Positions 1 to 9,678 are shown, counted from the first letter of the stretch. The stretch is DNA of 64,000 nt from Candidatus Bathyarchaeia archaeon (GCA_050013255.1 JBEKFP010000002.1:128001-192000); one strand, 5' to 3'. Numbers and translations are program-made. The notes: a model not told the origin generated them from the sequence alone.

Positions 1-585
1 ACTTGCAAATTGCAGGAGGCCCCTGACTTTCGGCCAAATAATGTGATTTTGAATCAAACATACACTAGGATGCCTCAGGGAAACGCCAGGCTCTTCGAAG
101 AAAATATCGGGATCGACGCCCCCGTACACCTCCACTGTGGGCTTGAATGGAAAATGCAGTGAAACAACTTGCGTCAATGCGCGACAAACCGGAGTTATGA
201 CATCTGCCAACGCGAGTCCGGTGTAACTGAAATAATATCGATGTACTGCGAACAACCGTTCAAAGGCCCTTGCTGTCGTCAACCAGCTCTCAAATTCATT
301 CCACCAGTCCCCATGTAGCTGGGCAACTCGTGCCACCTTCCGTTTCCGAAGCATTTGATAGAGCCAGGCATACCACATTGGGTAATGCGGATAATCAGTA
401 TAGACAACTTCAGGGCCAAAGTCCATCAGCTTTCTCAAGAACGTTCTTGAAGGAAGTGACCATCCTTTTGCGCTGAAACAATCGCGCGCATCGAAAACCG
501 CATATTCGACTGATCTAGGGAGCGTCCTCGCAATTTTCTCAAAGGAGGTCTTCTTGAATGTGTTTACGATGAACGCAATTCTCAT
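1..585 (-). CDS. Glycosyltransferase family 4 (GT-B), runs off the window start
   Basis: Not in the ORF track. Manual translation from ATG at 585 gives MRIAFIVNTFKK...FGPEVVYTDYPHYPMWYAWLY...QLHGDWWNEF...HPSVCLIQNHIIWPKVRGLLQFAS, open to position 1. It is paralogous to 8668-9678 (FKPDVVFTDFPAYPNWYAKLY...SPCVGILQDNNILPKVRQL). Confidence 0.85.
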   Translation of the reverse strand, partial: MRIAFIVNTFKKTSFEKIARTLPRSVEYAVFDARDCFSAKGWSLPSRTFLRKLMDFGPEVVYTDYPHYPMWYAWLYQMLRKRKVARVAQLHGDWWNEFESWLTTARAFERLFAVHRYYFSYTGLALADVITPVCRALTQVVSLHFPFKPTVEVYGGVDPDIFFEEPGVSLRHPSVCLIQNHIIWPKVRGLLQFAS

Positions 586-589
586 TTCC

Positions 590-865
590 TCACTTTCTTA
601 CCCGGGGGCCCCTTCTTGCTAAAGGCCTGCGTGACGGACGGCGTTTCCATGCAGTATGTTGGACGCGCATAAGGCCTTCCCAAGCGTATCTGAAAGGCAG
701 TGATAAATAGTACCGCAGAATGTGAACGCGGTACTGTAGAATGTGAACGCGGTATTTGATATGCTCCACTCCCCTCAACAAGGAAATAACTAGCGCGACG
801 GGAGCGTACGTGACGAAAAATATGACGGGCACAATCGATAGAATGGTTCGAGACGGGATCCTCAT
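590..865 (-). CDS. Small hypothetical protein with hydrophobic N-terminus and basic C-terminus
   Basis: 91-aa ORF ending 5 nt before the GT4 start on the same strand; contains a YRVHIL duplication. Confidence 0.4.
   Translation of the reverse strand: MRIPSRTILSIVPVIFFVTYAPVALVISLLRGVEHIKYRVHILQYRVHILRYYLSLPFRYAWEGLMRVQHTAWKRRPSRRPLARRGPRVRK
717..754. repeat. Tandem duplication with 21-bp period (agaatgtgaacgcggta x2)
   Basis: Identical 17-mer at 717-733 and 738-754; in frame in the 590-865 ORF (YRVHILQ YRVHILR). Confidence 0.8.
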
Positions 866-912
866 TCCGACCAGGTCTTCCAGGAGCGTTCTTGTTGGTG
901 GTTTCTTATAAT

Positions 913-926
913 GTTCGTATACGAAC
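913..926. promoter_or_regulatory. Perfect 14-bp palindrome gttcgtatacgaac in a divergent intergenic region
   Basis: Self-complementary; next to TTATAA (906-911) between divergent genes starting at 865(-) and 1007(+). Confidence 0.4.
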
Positions 927-1006
927 GATTTCTGGTTGTGTTTGAAAAGATTGTATGCGCAGCGGATAGGTCAATCTTGGAAGCAAAATGAGCGAGTGCC
1001 ATTATC

Positions 1007-2101
1007 ATGCCAAGTTACGAAACGAAAGTCGCGCTCTTGCTGCCAGCGGAGAACTTGGGCATTGAGATGCCATCGACCAACCTTGGCAACAGGATGATCT
1101 GTGAAGCGACGAGACGAATAATCGAACGCCTGCCTGTTCACTTCAAACCGGAGGAATTTACGTTTCTAAGGAAGCCTAACGGAGAAGAGTTAGATCGAAT
1201 TAATGCATGTGACCGGGCCATCTTTGTTGGGACAAATATCTTCCAGCCCCAAGCCGTCGGGTGGAGATGGCGTGCGCAAGATCTTGGACAAATCAAGATT
1301 CCTTACTCGTTGTACGGAGTGGGCTATAGCGGGCCATTGGGGCGTGTTCCTCTGCGCATATGCCGAGAGACCAGAGACCTAGTTGAATGGTCTCGAGGGG
1401 GGAGCTCTATCGGGGTACGCGACCCTCAGACAGTTCGATGGTTAAAGCTCTTTGGAGTGAATTCGGAACTCGTCGGATGCCCTGTGCTCGCATACCCGGA
1501 TACGTTCACTGATATTTCGATTGGCAAAAATACACCAGTTTTGGCCATCAGGGAGATTCTTCTTCACAATCCAGGCGAAGGGCCAAAACAAGCTCAACAG
1601 GATCTTATCGATTGGTTCTTCGAAAAATATCCGGACGGCCGGAGTGTGGTGCAATCACCGGAAGACCTCAAGCTTGTGCATGACAGACCTATCGTTGCAA
1701 CCTTTGAAGAAATTATTAGAGAATTATCGAGAGCACGGTTCGTTGTTTCGACGCGACTTCATGCGGGAATGTTAGCCCTGGCCTTTGGTCGCCCAGTAGT
1801 CTTCCTTGCCCATGATACACGGGTTGCATCTTTCTGCGAGATGATTGGGGTGAAAGCCTATCCCTTAACCTCCGAAGGGCTGAGAAAGGCGTTGAAGGCA
1901 GCCCAAAAGATCGACCGGGGAGATTTGTCGGAACTCAAGCCTGCCGTCGAACGAGTACGCCTCCTAGTGCGACGACTGCATGAGTTCCTAAACGAGGAAA
2001 TAACAGGGTCTAGGGAAAACATGATGCGACATCCCTCCAGGGCACTTACAGCTCTGCGGCGAGCAAGAGCTCGACTGCTGGAATGGGGACCCGAATCATG
2101 A
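1007..2101 (+). CDS. Polysaccharide pyruvyl transferase family protein
   Basis: NLGN near the N-terminus, GVG, IGVRDPQT, GCPVL and VVSTRLHAGMLALAFGRPVV motifs; glycan-locus context. Confidence 0.8.
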   Translation: MPSYETKVALLLPAENLGIEMPSTNLGNRMICEATRRIIERLPVHFKPEEFTFLRKPNGEELDRINACDRAIFVGTNIFQPQAVGWRWRAQDLGQIKIPYSLYGVGYSGPLGRVPLRICRETRDLVEWSRGGSSIGVRDPQTVRWLKLFGVNSELVGCPVLAYPDTFTDISIGKNTPVLAIREILLHNPGEGPKQAQQDLIDWFFEKYPDGRSVVQSPEDLKLVHDRPIVATFEEIIRELSRARFVVSTRLHAGMLALAFGRPVVFLAHDTRVASFCEMIGVKAYPLTSEGLRKALKAAQKIDRGDLSELKPAVERVRLLVRRLHEFLNEEITGSRENMMRHPSRALTALRRARARLLEWGPES

Positions 2102-2102
2102 C

Positions 2103-3398
2103 TTGGCCGGGATGAAATGGTTGCGCAAAATCAAACTCCTGATACTGGTACCCACTATGGAGTTGGGAGGCATGGAACTTTGCACATCCTTCTTGCTGAG
2201 CCATCTTAATCGAGAACTTTTCGAAATTGAACTGGTCATGGTCTTCGATCGCCAGAGTTACTTCGAGATTCCTTCCCACGTACGAGTTCATGTCTTGGAG
2301 AAAGCAGGTCTCACGAATGACACTGAGCTAACCGTGCAACCATCGATTGCGGTATCGGAAAAGAATCGGGATAGCCTGATCTGGCTGGAAACTACTGCTT
2401 TGAATCTGGCCGCTCTAGTTCGGACCCTGCAACCGGACTTAATCTTGGCCCAGCACGTCCTTGCTAGCGCGGTTTCCTTGTTGGCTAAGAGACACATCCG
2501 TTCGACCATAAAGATAATCGCGAGTGTTCACAACTTCAGCTCCAGATTTCTGGAAATTGTCCCATACGGAGAGCTTTATGCACTCTTACTTCGGCGACAT
2601 TTGAGAGAGGCCGATGCTGTTGTCGCGATCGGGCAGGGCATTGCAAATGACTTGATTATGAACTTCGATGTGGACAGGACCCAAGTCAGAGTTATCTACA
2701 ATCCGTTTGATTATGAACGAGTGAGAAAACTGTCTACAGAGAGCTTACTGGAAAACAGGTTTTTCCTGGATGGTGTTCCAAACATACTTTTCGTTGGTGG
2801 GTTAAGACCTGAAAAGGGGTTAGAGTACTTGCTTCAAGCGATCGCTCTGTCACGCAGACTGCAGAGACTTCGATGTGTGATCATTGGAGAAGGAGAACGT
2901 CGAACTGAGCTTGAGGAGTTGGCGAAACAGTTAGGTATTTCCTCAGACACCTTTTTCTTGGGCAGACGACCTAACGCATTCAAATATATGCGCGCGGCAT
3001 CATGCTTCGTCTTGCCTTCACTTGTTGAAGGCTACCCCTACGTCGTTCTCGAAGCCATGGCTTGTGGTTGCCCCGTAATTGCAAGTGAATCAGGTCCTGA
3101 TGTTCAAGAGCTACTCGGTTATGGACAAAGAGGCCTTCTCGTACCCGCGAGGGATCCAGAGGCTATCTCTGATGCGATTCAGAGGATTGTCTCGGACACA
3201 AATCTACGCGAGAACATGATTGAAGCCGGAAAAAGTCACATCGAGAAATTCACGCCCATTTCAGCAGTTGCCCAATACGAAGCGCTGATGAAAGCAGTTG
3301 TCCGTTCGGGGTTAGTTCGGCGCTCATTGGATGTCCTGTCATGGCTTACCCGGAGACATCTACCCGGATTTCGCAGGGCCAAAGCAGACCGCTCTTAG
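2103..3398 (+). CDS. Glycosyltransferase family 4
   Basis: GGME, VIYNPFD, FVGGLRPEKG and FVLPSLVEGYPYVVLEAMACGCPVI motifs. Confidence 0.92.
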   Translation: MAGMKWLRKIKLLILVPTMELGGMELCTSFLLSHLNRELFEIELVMVFDRQSYFEIPSHVRVHVLEKAGLTNDTELTVQPSIAVSEKNRDSLIWLETTALNLAALVRTLQPDLILAQHVLASAVSLLAKRHIRSTIKIIASVHNFSSRFLEIVPYGELYALLLRRHLREADAVVAIGQGIANDLIMNFDVDRTQVRVIYNPFDYERVRKLSTESLLENRFFLDGVPNILFVGGLRPEKGLEYLLQAIALSRRLQRLRCVIIGEGERRTELEELAKQLGISSDTFFLGRRPNAFKYMRAASCFVLPSLVEGYPYVVLEAMACGCPVIASESGPDVQELLGYGQRGLLVPARDPEAISDAIQRIVSDTNLRENMIEAGKSHIEKFTPISAVAQYEALMKAVVRSGLVRRSLDVLSWLTRRHLPGFRRAKADRS

Positions 3399-3952
3399 CT
3401 GTCATGGAGATTCTCCACCATAATCCAGGCGAGCAAGCAAAACTGGCTCAGTGCAACCTCGTGGACTGGTTCTTCAAAGAGTTTTCCGATGGGGCCGGGG
3501 TAACGCAGTCTCCGAAAGACTTGGGGCTGGTCACCGACAAACCAATCATAACAGAGTTCCAACAGATCGTCGCCGAACTATCGAGGGCACGCTTGGTCGT
3601 TTCAACACGCCTTCACGCTGGAATGCTGGCGCTTGCGTTTGGTCGCCCAGTGGTCTTCATTGCACATGATACACGAGTTGCATCATTCTGTGAAATGATC
3701 GGAGTGAAACCATATAGATTGAGCTTTGATGGACTTGCAGAGCCCATTCAAGCTACTAGAAGGATAGTGTCTGGGGATTTATCTGGATTCGAAGCAGCCA
3801 ATGAGAGGTTGCCGATCCTGATGCGCCGGCTCCAAGAGTGGTTGGAGGAAGTCCTTGCAGGTACTCGAGCAAGCGGAATGCGACACCCGAATAGAGCGTT
3901 TACATTCTTACTTAAAGCGAAAACTAGACTGGTGCAACGTATACTGTGGTGA
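3389..3952 (+). pseudogene. N-terminally truncated duplicate of the pyruvyl transferase family gene (C-terminal half only)
   Basis: PLLAVMEILHHNPGE...STRLHAGMLALAFGRPVVFIAHDTRVASFCEMIGVK matches the C-terminal half of 1007-2101; the N-terminal half is absent and homology begins inside the GT4 3' end. Confidence 0.75.
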
Positions 3953-4397
3953 TTCGTCCCAGTTCGTTCTTGCGTCAAATTTGGGTTGAAAAAGGGATTG
4001 TTGCATCAAAATTCAGGGTTGCAGGGGGACATGCTGTCTTTGCACATCGTAGTGCAAAAGAGCCCTTCAGATCGAAGCGCAGTTACCTCGAATATCCAGT
4101 CTCCCCCTCAACGTCATCCAGACCATCACTTACCCCCACAGAAAGAGGAAGTAGTCTAGAAGAACGAATCTATTGGAGATTCGAAACTGTGCACATTACG
4201 TAATCTGGTTTTTTCTCTGCAGATTTCTTTGTTTGCATTGCAACTCCCAGCGGTCGATACGACCCACTTGTATTTTAGCCTTTGCAATTGAAACACGATT
4301 GGTATGCGTCAAATCATGGCGTCCTGCTGGAACAGTCATCCTTTTGTCCATTTACGGAAAAACAAATGAGCACCATTGATACCGTCTCCGGCAAGCT

Positions 4398-5240
4398 TTG
4401 AGGTGTCGTCCCTTGCAGCGAGCAGATCTGTCCATCGTAGGCATAGGTATCCGAGGCGTATCTGAAATCACCCCTGAGACCGAGCGGATTCTCCGCCGTA
4501 GCACCGAAATCTTCTACATGGATCCCCGTCCCATCGTTTCAAGATACTTCAACAAGGTCAATCGCAACTCTCACAACCTGCTCAAACGCTACAAAGAAAA
4601 TCGCAAAGCATACGACGTATACGAAGAGTTGTCTTCGCTCGTAATTAACAGTGCATTGAAGAAGCCGGGCGCCTGCTACGCAACGTATGGTAATCCAATG
4701 ATCTACGACACAATTACCCAGCTGATTCTTCAGAAAGCAATTTCCAGACGGCTCAAAGTGGAGATCGTTCCAGCCGTTTCAGCTTTGGACAGCGTCCTAG
4801 TCGATTTGCGACTTCCTATCTTAGACGAAGGGTTGCAGATCTTTGAAGCTAATAGGTTGGTTCTGCACAGACAAAGAATCGAGTCATCGGTTCCTTGCTT
4901 GATTTTCGGTGTGGGATCATTTGGTACCGTCATCATAACAATTGGACGACGAAGTACTGAGAAGAGATACCTCCTTCTCGAAAAGCATTTGCGACAATTC
5001 TATCCAAGCACCCACCCGATCCATCTCGTCGAGTCGTCTTTACACCCCCACATGCGAAATCGAATAACAAAAACAATGATGAACCGACTAGGAAAAATGT
5101 ACAAGCGAATAAATTACAACACTACGCTCTACATACCCCCGGTGCCGAAGGCCAAGTACATTGATAGGGATTTTGATTCCAAGATTCATTCAACGCGCTG
5201 GACTAGCAAAATTGTCGGTGACTCTGGGACAGGGCGTTGA
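4398..5240 (+). CDS. Tetrapyrrole-methylase-fold SAM-dependent methyltransferase, borosin (OphMA/SonM)-like
   Basis: LSIVGIGI...ITPE, YGNP, PAVSALD, GLQIFEA, CLIFGVG, LRQFYPSTHP and TTLYIPP match the borosin methyltransferase motif series (LTIVGTGI, YGHP, PGVSAED, TYEA, LFQVG, EHPV, STFYIPP). Confidence 0.75.
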   Translation: MRCRPLQRADLSIVGIGIRGVSEITPETERILRRSTEIFYMDPRPIVSRYFNKVNRNSHNLLKRYKENRKAYDVYEELSSLVINSALKKPGACYATYGNPMIYDTITQLILQKAISRRLKVEIVPAVSALDSVLVDLRLPILDEGLQIFEANRLVLHRQRIESSVPCLIFGVGSFGTVIITIGRRSTEKRYLLLEKHLRQFYPSTHPIHLVESSLHPHMRNRITKTMMNRLGKMYKRINYNTTLYIPPVPKAKYIDRDFDSKIHSTRWTSKIVGDSGTGR

Positions 5241-5327
5241 TACCCAAACAGGTCTGAGGACTTAGGCTTCTTGATATTGATTCGAGAGAACAGATGTGCC
5301 AGAGCTCTTGGAGCGTGGGTTTCATAG

Positions 5328-6458
5328 TTGACAATTGTTGTCTCTAACATTCGCGTGATTCAGGATTCTGACAGTTCGCAGTTGCAAGCTCGGATCCAAA
5401 GCGACAAGCTTGCCAGTCCATTTCTGTTATGGTACCGCTTCCCCTCAGGTTTTGAGAAATACCTGAACATTCAGAACGGAAATCCCTTTCTGGCCGCGCT
5501 CTTAGTGATTGCCATGCAAACGGGGGAGACGTTAGAGGTTGCTGCCTCAGTTTCTCCCCAGCTCTTGAACGCAACTGAGAAAATTCAGGAATTGCTTCTA
5601 AGTTGGTATGGAGGTTTGTCTAGAGTCAAAGTCGTAGCTCCCGAAACAGATCGACATGAGCAAACGCGAGAGCAAACAGGAACAGGTCTATTCTTCTCCA
5701 TGGGCGTGGACTCGTTCTACACTCTTCTCAAGAATATTGAGCAGGATCCAGATCGAGCCATAACCCACCTGATCTTTATCCGCGGATTCGATATCTATCT
5801 TGAAAAATGGAATAATCAGCTTTACCCATCGGTCCTGAGAAGTGCTACCCGAGTGGCTGAACACTTTCGTAGGCAGATCATACCTGTTGCGACTAACATA
5901 CGAGACCTCTCCGACCCGGTCGTCAAATGGGGGCCGTTTTACTTTGGCAGCGCCTTGGCAAGTGTCGGTTTAGCTCTCGATGGTTTGCTCGACGCGGCAT
6001 ATATCGCCGGCGGCTTGACTTATGATCTCCTTTCTCCGTGGGGGTCGCACCCAGACCTGGATCCACTCTGGTCAACTGAGACCCTGAGATTCATCCATGA
6101 CGGATGCGAGGCCGATAGAATAGCTAAGGTCCAACTCATCTCGAAATATCAAGTCGCATTGGAAACGCTGCGGGTTTGTTTCTACAATCCGGAGAACATG
6201 TATAACTGTGGCAAATGCGAAAAATGTTTGCGGACGATGATTAGCCTTCACATAGCAGGCGCACTGAACAAGTGTTCGACCTTCCCGCATGAGATAGATG
6301 TGGAACTTCTGCGTGGGCTGCCCAAGCTTAGCGAAGGATCGAGTCCAGAAGAACAAGCTGTTATGCGCGCAAGTCTTACCACATACATCAATGCGCTGGG
6401 AAACTCCCCAAAGGACTTGGAAATAAAAAAGGCGCTTCAGGATCACATGTCCTCGTAA
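5328..6458 (+). CDS. Adenine-nucleotide alpha-hydrolase (PP-loop, QueC-like) protein with Cys cluster
   Basis: FFSMGVDS (PP-loop-like SxGxDS), PWGSHP and LRVC...NCGKCEKCLRT. Confidence 0.6.
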   Translation: MTIVVSNIRVIQDSDSSQLQARIQSDKLASPFLLWYRFPSGFEKYLNIQNGNPFLAALLVIAMQTGETLEVAASVSPQLLNATEKIQELLLSWYGGLSRVKVVAPETDRHEQTREQTGTGLFFSMGVDSFYTLLKNIEQDPDRAITHLIFIRGFDIYLEKWNNQLYPSVLRSATRVAEHFRRQIIPVATNIRDLSDPVVKWGPFYFGSALASVGLALDGLLDAAYIAGGLTYDLLSPWGSHPDLDPLWSTETLRFIHDGCEADRIAKVQLISKYQVALETLRVCFYNPENMYNCGKCEKCLRTMISLHIAGALNKCSTFPHEIDVELLRGLPKLSEGSSPEEQAVMRASLTTYINALGNSPKDLEIKKALQDHMSS

Positions 6459-6671
6459 CTAATCTTCGGTTCTTGTCGGATCCTAGTCTTCAACAAAGAC
6501 AACAAAGCAACCCCGATATGGCCAAGATGTTCTAGAGTGTTTGACATTCGCTTCATATTGTGAAAAATTCTTGAATTCTTGTACTTCTCCACCCATAAGC
6601 GCAGGTTTCGTTACTGCTAGGTTTTCTTCCATGAAGGTTCGATTTTAGAACCGAAGAATCGGCCCAGATTC

Positions 6672-7100
6672 TCATGTCGAGTTTTGTTTTAACCATTCAA
6701 TCGTCATCTCTAAGCCTTCGCCCAGGTCAACTTTAGGAACCCAGCCAAGGCGTTTCTTTGCAGGAGACATGTCCAAGGCCCTGCTGAAAGGCCCCTCCGG
6801 CTTGGATTTATCAACGGCTGTAGCTAATGCGCTCAATTATCCCTGATTCATAACACGTCCGAATTGTATTCTGATGGATCGCGAATCCCAGACTACACAT
6901 TGCCTGTTGCTGGTCGAGGAAGGCTCGACCGCCGAATACTGCACCAAACATGAAAACTGTGTCGATGTAATATTTCATCAAGATATGTTTTAGACGTTCA
7001 CGTTCGGTTGAAAGATCGATGATTTCCAACTGGGGGTCGATGCCGTGCTTTTTTTGAATCTTATGAAATCTGTTTGGTGATGCCAAGACTTTTCTACAGT
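6672..7100 (-). pseudogene. Internally deleted, frameshifted relic of an NAD-dependent epimerase (paralog of 14276-15298)
   Basis: IDTVFMFGAVFGGR...ERISYS is joined by a frameshift near 6815 directly to DKSKPEGPFSRALDM...LGWVPKVDLGEGLEMTIEWLKQNST*. The central ~155 codons, including YxxxK, are missing. Confidence 0.85.
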
Positions 7101-7130
7101 TTTGCACATGTAGGCGTCGGTGTTGTTCTC

Positions 7131-8534
7131 ATGAAATTCGACCTCCTGACCGGCTTTTTGCGAAGGCAGAAATCATCAGTGATGGTTCTGGGGTTTATCT
7201 TCACCCTGTCCGCAAGCCTGTTGAGAATACGGATGCTCTGGAGCGCTAGAGAAGGACTCTGGAGTCCGCTCGATCCTGACACAGAGACTTACGCATACTT
7301 CGCCAAGCTAATTCTCTCGAAAGGTGTCACGGCGTACACGAACGTAAGCAGGGTTCCGTTTTGGCCAATTGTTGTGGCTCCATTCTACGCATTATTCGGT
7401 TTGAATAATATAACGATCAAACTTGCATCTTTCTTCTTTGGTATTCTCACGGTCCTCGCAACTTACCAGGTGGGTAAGACAGCCTTTGGGAATAAGGCAG
7501 GCGTCCTCGCGAGCTTTCTCTACGCCGTCAGCTTCTACGTAGTTTTCGATGCGTACCGAGGCTTGAGGGAGGAATTATTCTCGTTTCTACTACTCTGCCT
7601 AATCTACTTCGCTATCCAAAGGCGAACGGGTAGTCATCTGAATCTCTTGGCTTCGGCAATTCTCACTGTGATGCTCTACTTTACTAGAACCGATGGAGCA
7701 TTGGTCGTACTGCCGACTATGCTTGTTTACATAGTGCTCTCTTCTATTTCGAAGAAGCAGAGAATTCCATTCAAGAAGCTGTTCCTGATATCAGTGATGT
7801 TTGCCCTCTCAATTGCAGGCTGGAGTTGGTATTCAGCAAAACTATCTGGAGACCCGTTCGCGGAATCAACCGCATATGCAAGTTACAATTACTTTGTTGA
7901 GTTCCAGAAAGGAGTAGGGGCCTTTCCGAGGGTCACGATGTCAGATTACTTATTCAAGTATCACACACTGACGCAGTTACTTGTGGCAACTTTGCAGGGT
8001 TCAATGTGGATTTTTCAACTACTCAGTCTAAGCCTAGCCTTTGGTTATCCCGCATACTCTTCTCCCATAGCTTTGATGGTGATATCCTTTCTTCTGATCT
8101 TGTTTTTCTCAAGTGCAGTCACGCTATGGAAAGAAAAGAGAAACTGGTACTTTCCTCTCCTCTACGCAACCGTCGTCCCGTACTTGGGGATGTTCCAGGG
8201 CCTAGGCGTTATCGAAACTGCTCGAAATCTCGTCCCATTCGCACCAATTCTCACGATCACGGTCGCCTATTCGGTTGTTAGGATTTACGGGTTTTTGGTT
8301 TCAAGCATAGATCAGCATCTGTGCTTCGGACGGGTCATTGATCGAGGAATCTTGGCTTTACGGCTTATTCTTTATGGAATCCTGGCCTTTTTCCTACTGG
8401 GATATGTTTCCGTGAACTACCTCTACCTTCTCGCTTGGGCCCTCCTACCCATCAATTTTGCAGATTTATTCTTCTTGAGTTTTGTAGCCATTCTTTGCTT
8501 AGCTTGGGTTATCCTGCGCTCCTTCGAGAAATAG
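7131..8534 (+). CDS. Polytopic GT-C fold glycosyltransferase (PMT/ArnT-like)
   Basis: Many TM segments, PLDPD first-loop motif, RVPFWP, RGLREELF, YFTR; paralog of 11939-13342. ATG at 7131 chosen over the upstream start in the ORF track. Confidence 0.75.
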   Translation: MKFDLLTGFLRRQKSSVMVLGFIFTLSASLLRIRMLWSAREGLWSPLDPDTETYAYFAKLILSKGVTAYTNVSRVPFWPIVVAPFYALFGLNNITIKLASFFFGILTVLATYQVGKTAFGNKAGVLASFLYAVSFYVVFDAYRGLREELFSFLLLCLIYFAIQRRTGSHLNLLASAILTVMLYFTRTDGALVVLPTMLVYIVLSSISKKQRIPFKKLFLISVMFALSIAGWSWYSAKLSGDPFAESTAYASYNYFVEFQKGVGAFPRVTMSDYLFKYHTLTQLLVATLQGSMWIFQLLSLSLAFGYPAYSSPIALMVISFLLILFFSSAVTLWKEKRNWYFPLLYATVVPYLGMFQGLGVIETARNLVPFAPILTITVAYSVVRIYGFLVSSIDQHLCFGRVIDRGILALRLILYGILAFFLLGYVSVNYLYLLAWALLPINFADLFFLSFVAILCLAWVILRSFEK

Positions 8535-8580
8535 TCTGTCAAGATACATGCAACTCGAGGGTGAAGGGTGTGAGGGACCA

Positions 8581-8670
8581 ATGAGAGTGTGTTTTATTGC
8601 GAAGGAAATGTTCGCTTGGGGAAAATATCGTGTGTTTGGCAGTTACGCCATCTTTGTCGGAAGGGAACTA
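8581..8670 (+). pseudogene. N-terminal stub of a GT4 glycosyltransferase
   Basis: MRVCFIAKEMFAWGKYRVFGSYAIFVGREL resembles a GT4 first strand, loop and helix; similarity stops at the stop codon of the convergent GT4. Confidence 0.5.
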
Positions 8671-9678
8671 ACCTGCTTGGCTCTCTTGTTCAAGAATCGA
8701 AGCCAACCTAGGCGCTTGGATTTCCCAGCTGAAGTCGCCAAGAACAAACTGGCGTCCCGCTCGCCCCATCCGTCGAGAGAGTCTCGTATCACTAAGGAGC
8801 ACTTGGAGTTTTTCAATCCAGGGCCGCGTATTTCCATTGGGCAGCAAAAAACCGGTTAAGCCTTCTTTGATCAGTTCCGGAATTCCACCCACATTCGACG
8901 CTACAACTGGACGTTCGCAAACGGATGCCTCCAACAAGGTGGCTGGGCAGCAATCGAGACCAGAAGGGAGCACGTATACGTCGATTGACTCGTAGAACTT
9001 GCGTACACCCTGGGGGTACGGTAACCTGCCGAGCAGGTGAGCGTTGGGCAATCTTCTGAAAGCTTCCTCAACCAAAGGAGTATGTTCACCACCACCGGCG
9101 ATGTAGAAGTTGACCTTCGGCATTTCCCTAGCCACGTTGGCGAACCAAACTAGCTGCCTGACTTTAGGAAGAATATTGTTATCCTGCAAAATTCCAACAC
9201 ATGGGCTCTTAAATGGGAATTTGTCCGTCATTTCGCCGATCCAGGGTCGTGCGTCAATACCTTCGTGGAATACCTCAACTCGTTTGTCCGGCATTCTTCG
9301 CGCCACAATCTCCTTCAGCCAGCCGCACAAAGTCAAGATTCTGTCTGAGAGCGAAAGGCCGCTCGCCCATGATAATTGGTACAGTGGTCGTACAAGTTTC
9401 GTCAAAGTAGGGGCATGTTTGAAATAAACGGAATATTCTGTCCATACGTCACCTCGCAACAGAGCAACAAGTGGCAGACGACGGCGACTCATTTCCGAGT
9501 ACAGTTTGGCGTACCAGTTTGGGTAAGCAGGGAAGTCAGTAAAGACAACATCAGGTTTGAAATCGATGAGCTCGTTCATTATCTCTCCAACAGCGAAGAA
9601 CCCAGTACCTCTGGCGCGATTAACCGGTATAACGGGCACCATGCGTGATTGAATATTGCTGGGGAAGTACTCCGTCAT
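8668..9678 (-). CDS. Glycosyltransferase family 4
   Basis: YVLPSGLDCCPATLLEASVCERPVVASNVGGIPELI and TGFLL. The frame stays open upstream (VRVLIIHAPYK), so the true start may be near 9730. Confidence 0.9.
   Translation of the reverse strand: MTEYFPSNIQSRMVPVIPVNRARGTGFFAVGEIMNELIDFKPDVVFTDFPAYPNWYAKLYSEMSRRRLPLVALLRGDVWTEYSVYFKHAPTLTKLVRPLYQLSWASGLSLSDRILTLCGWLKEIVARRMPDKRVEVFHEGIDARPWIGEMTDKFPFKSPCVGILQDNNILPKVRQLVWFANVAREMPKVNFYIAGGGEHTPLVEEAFRRLPNAHLLGRLPYPQGVRKFYESIDVYVLPSGLDCCPATLLEASVCERPVVASNVGGIPELIKEGLTGFLLPNGNTRPWIEKLQVLLSDTRLSRRMGRAGRQFVLGDFSWEIQAPRLASILEQESQAG

Noticed and set aside
3955-4390. Possible decayed GT4 fragments on the minus strand (e.g. VEGETGY)
   Set aside because: Too short and interrupted to assign without a search.
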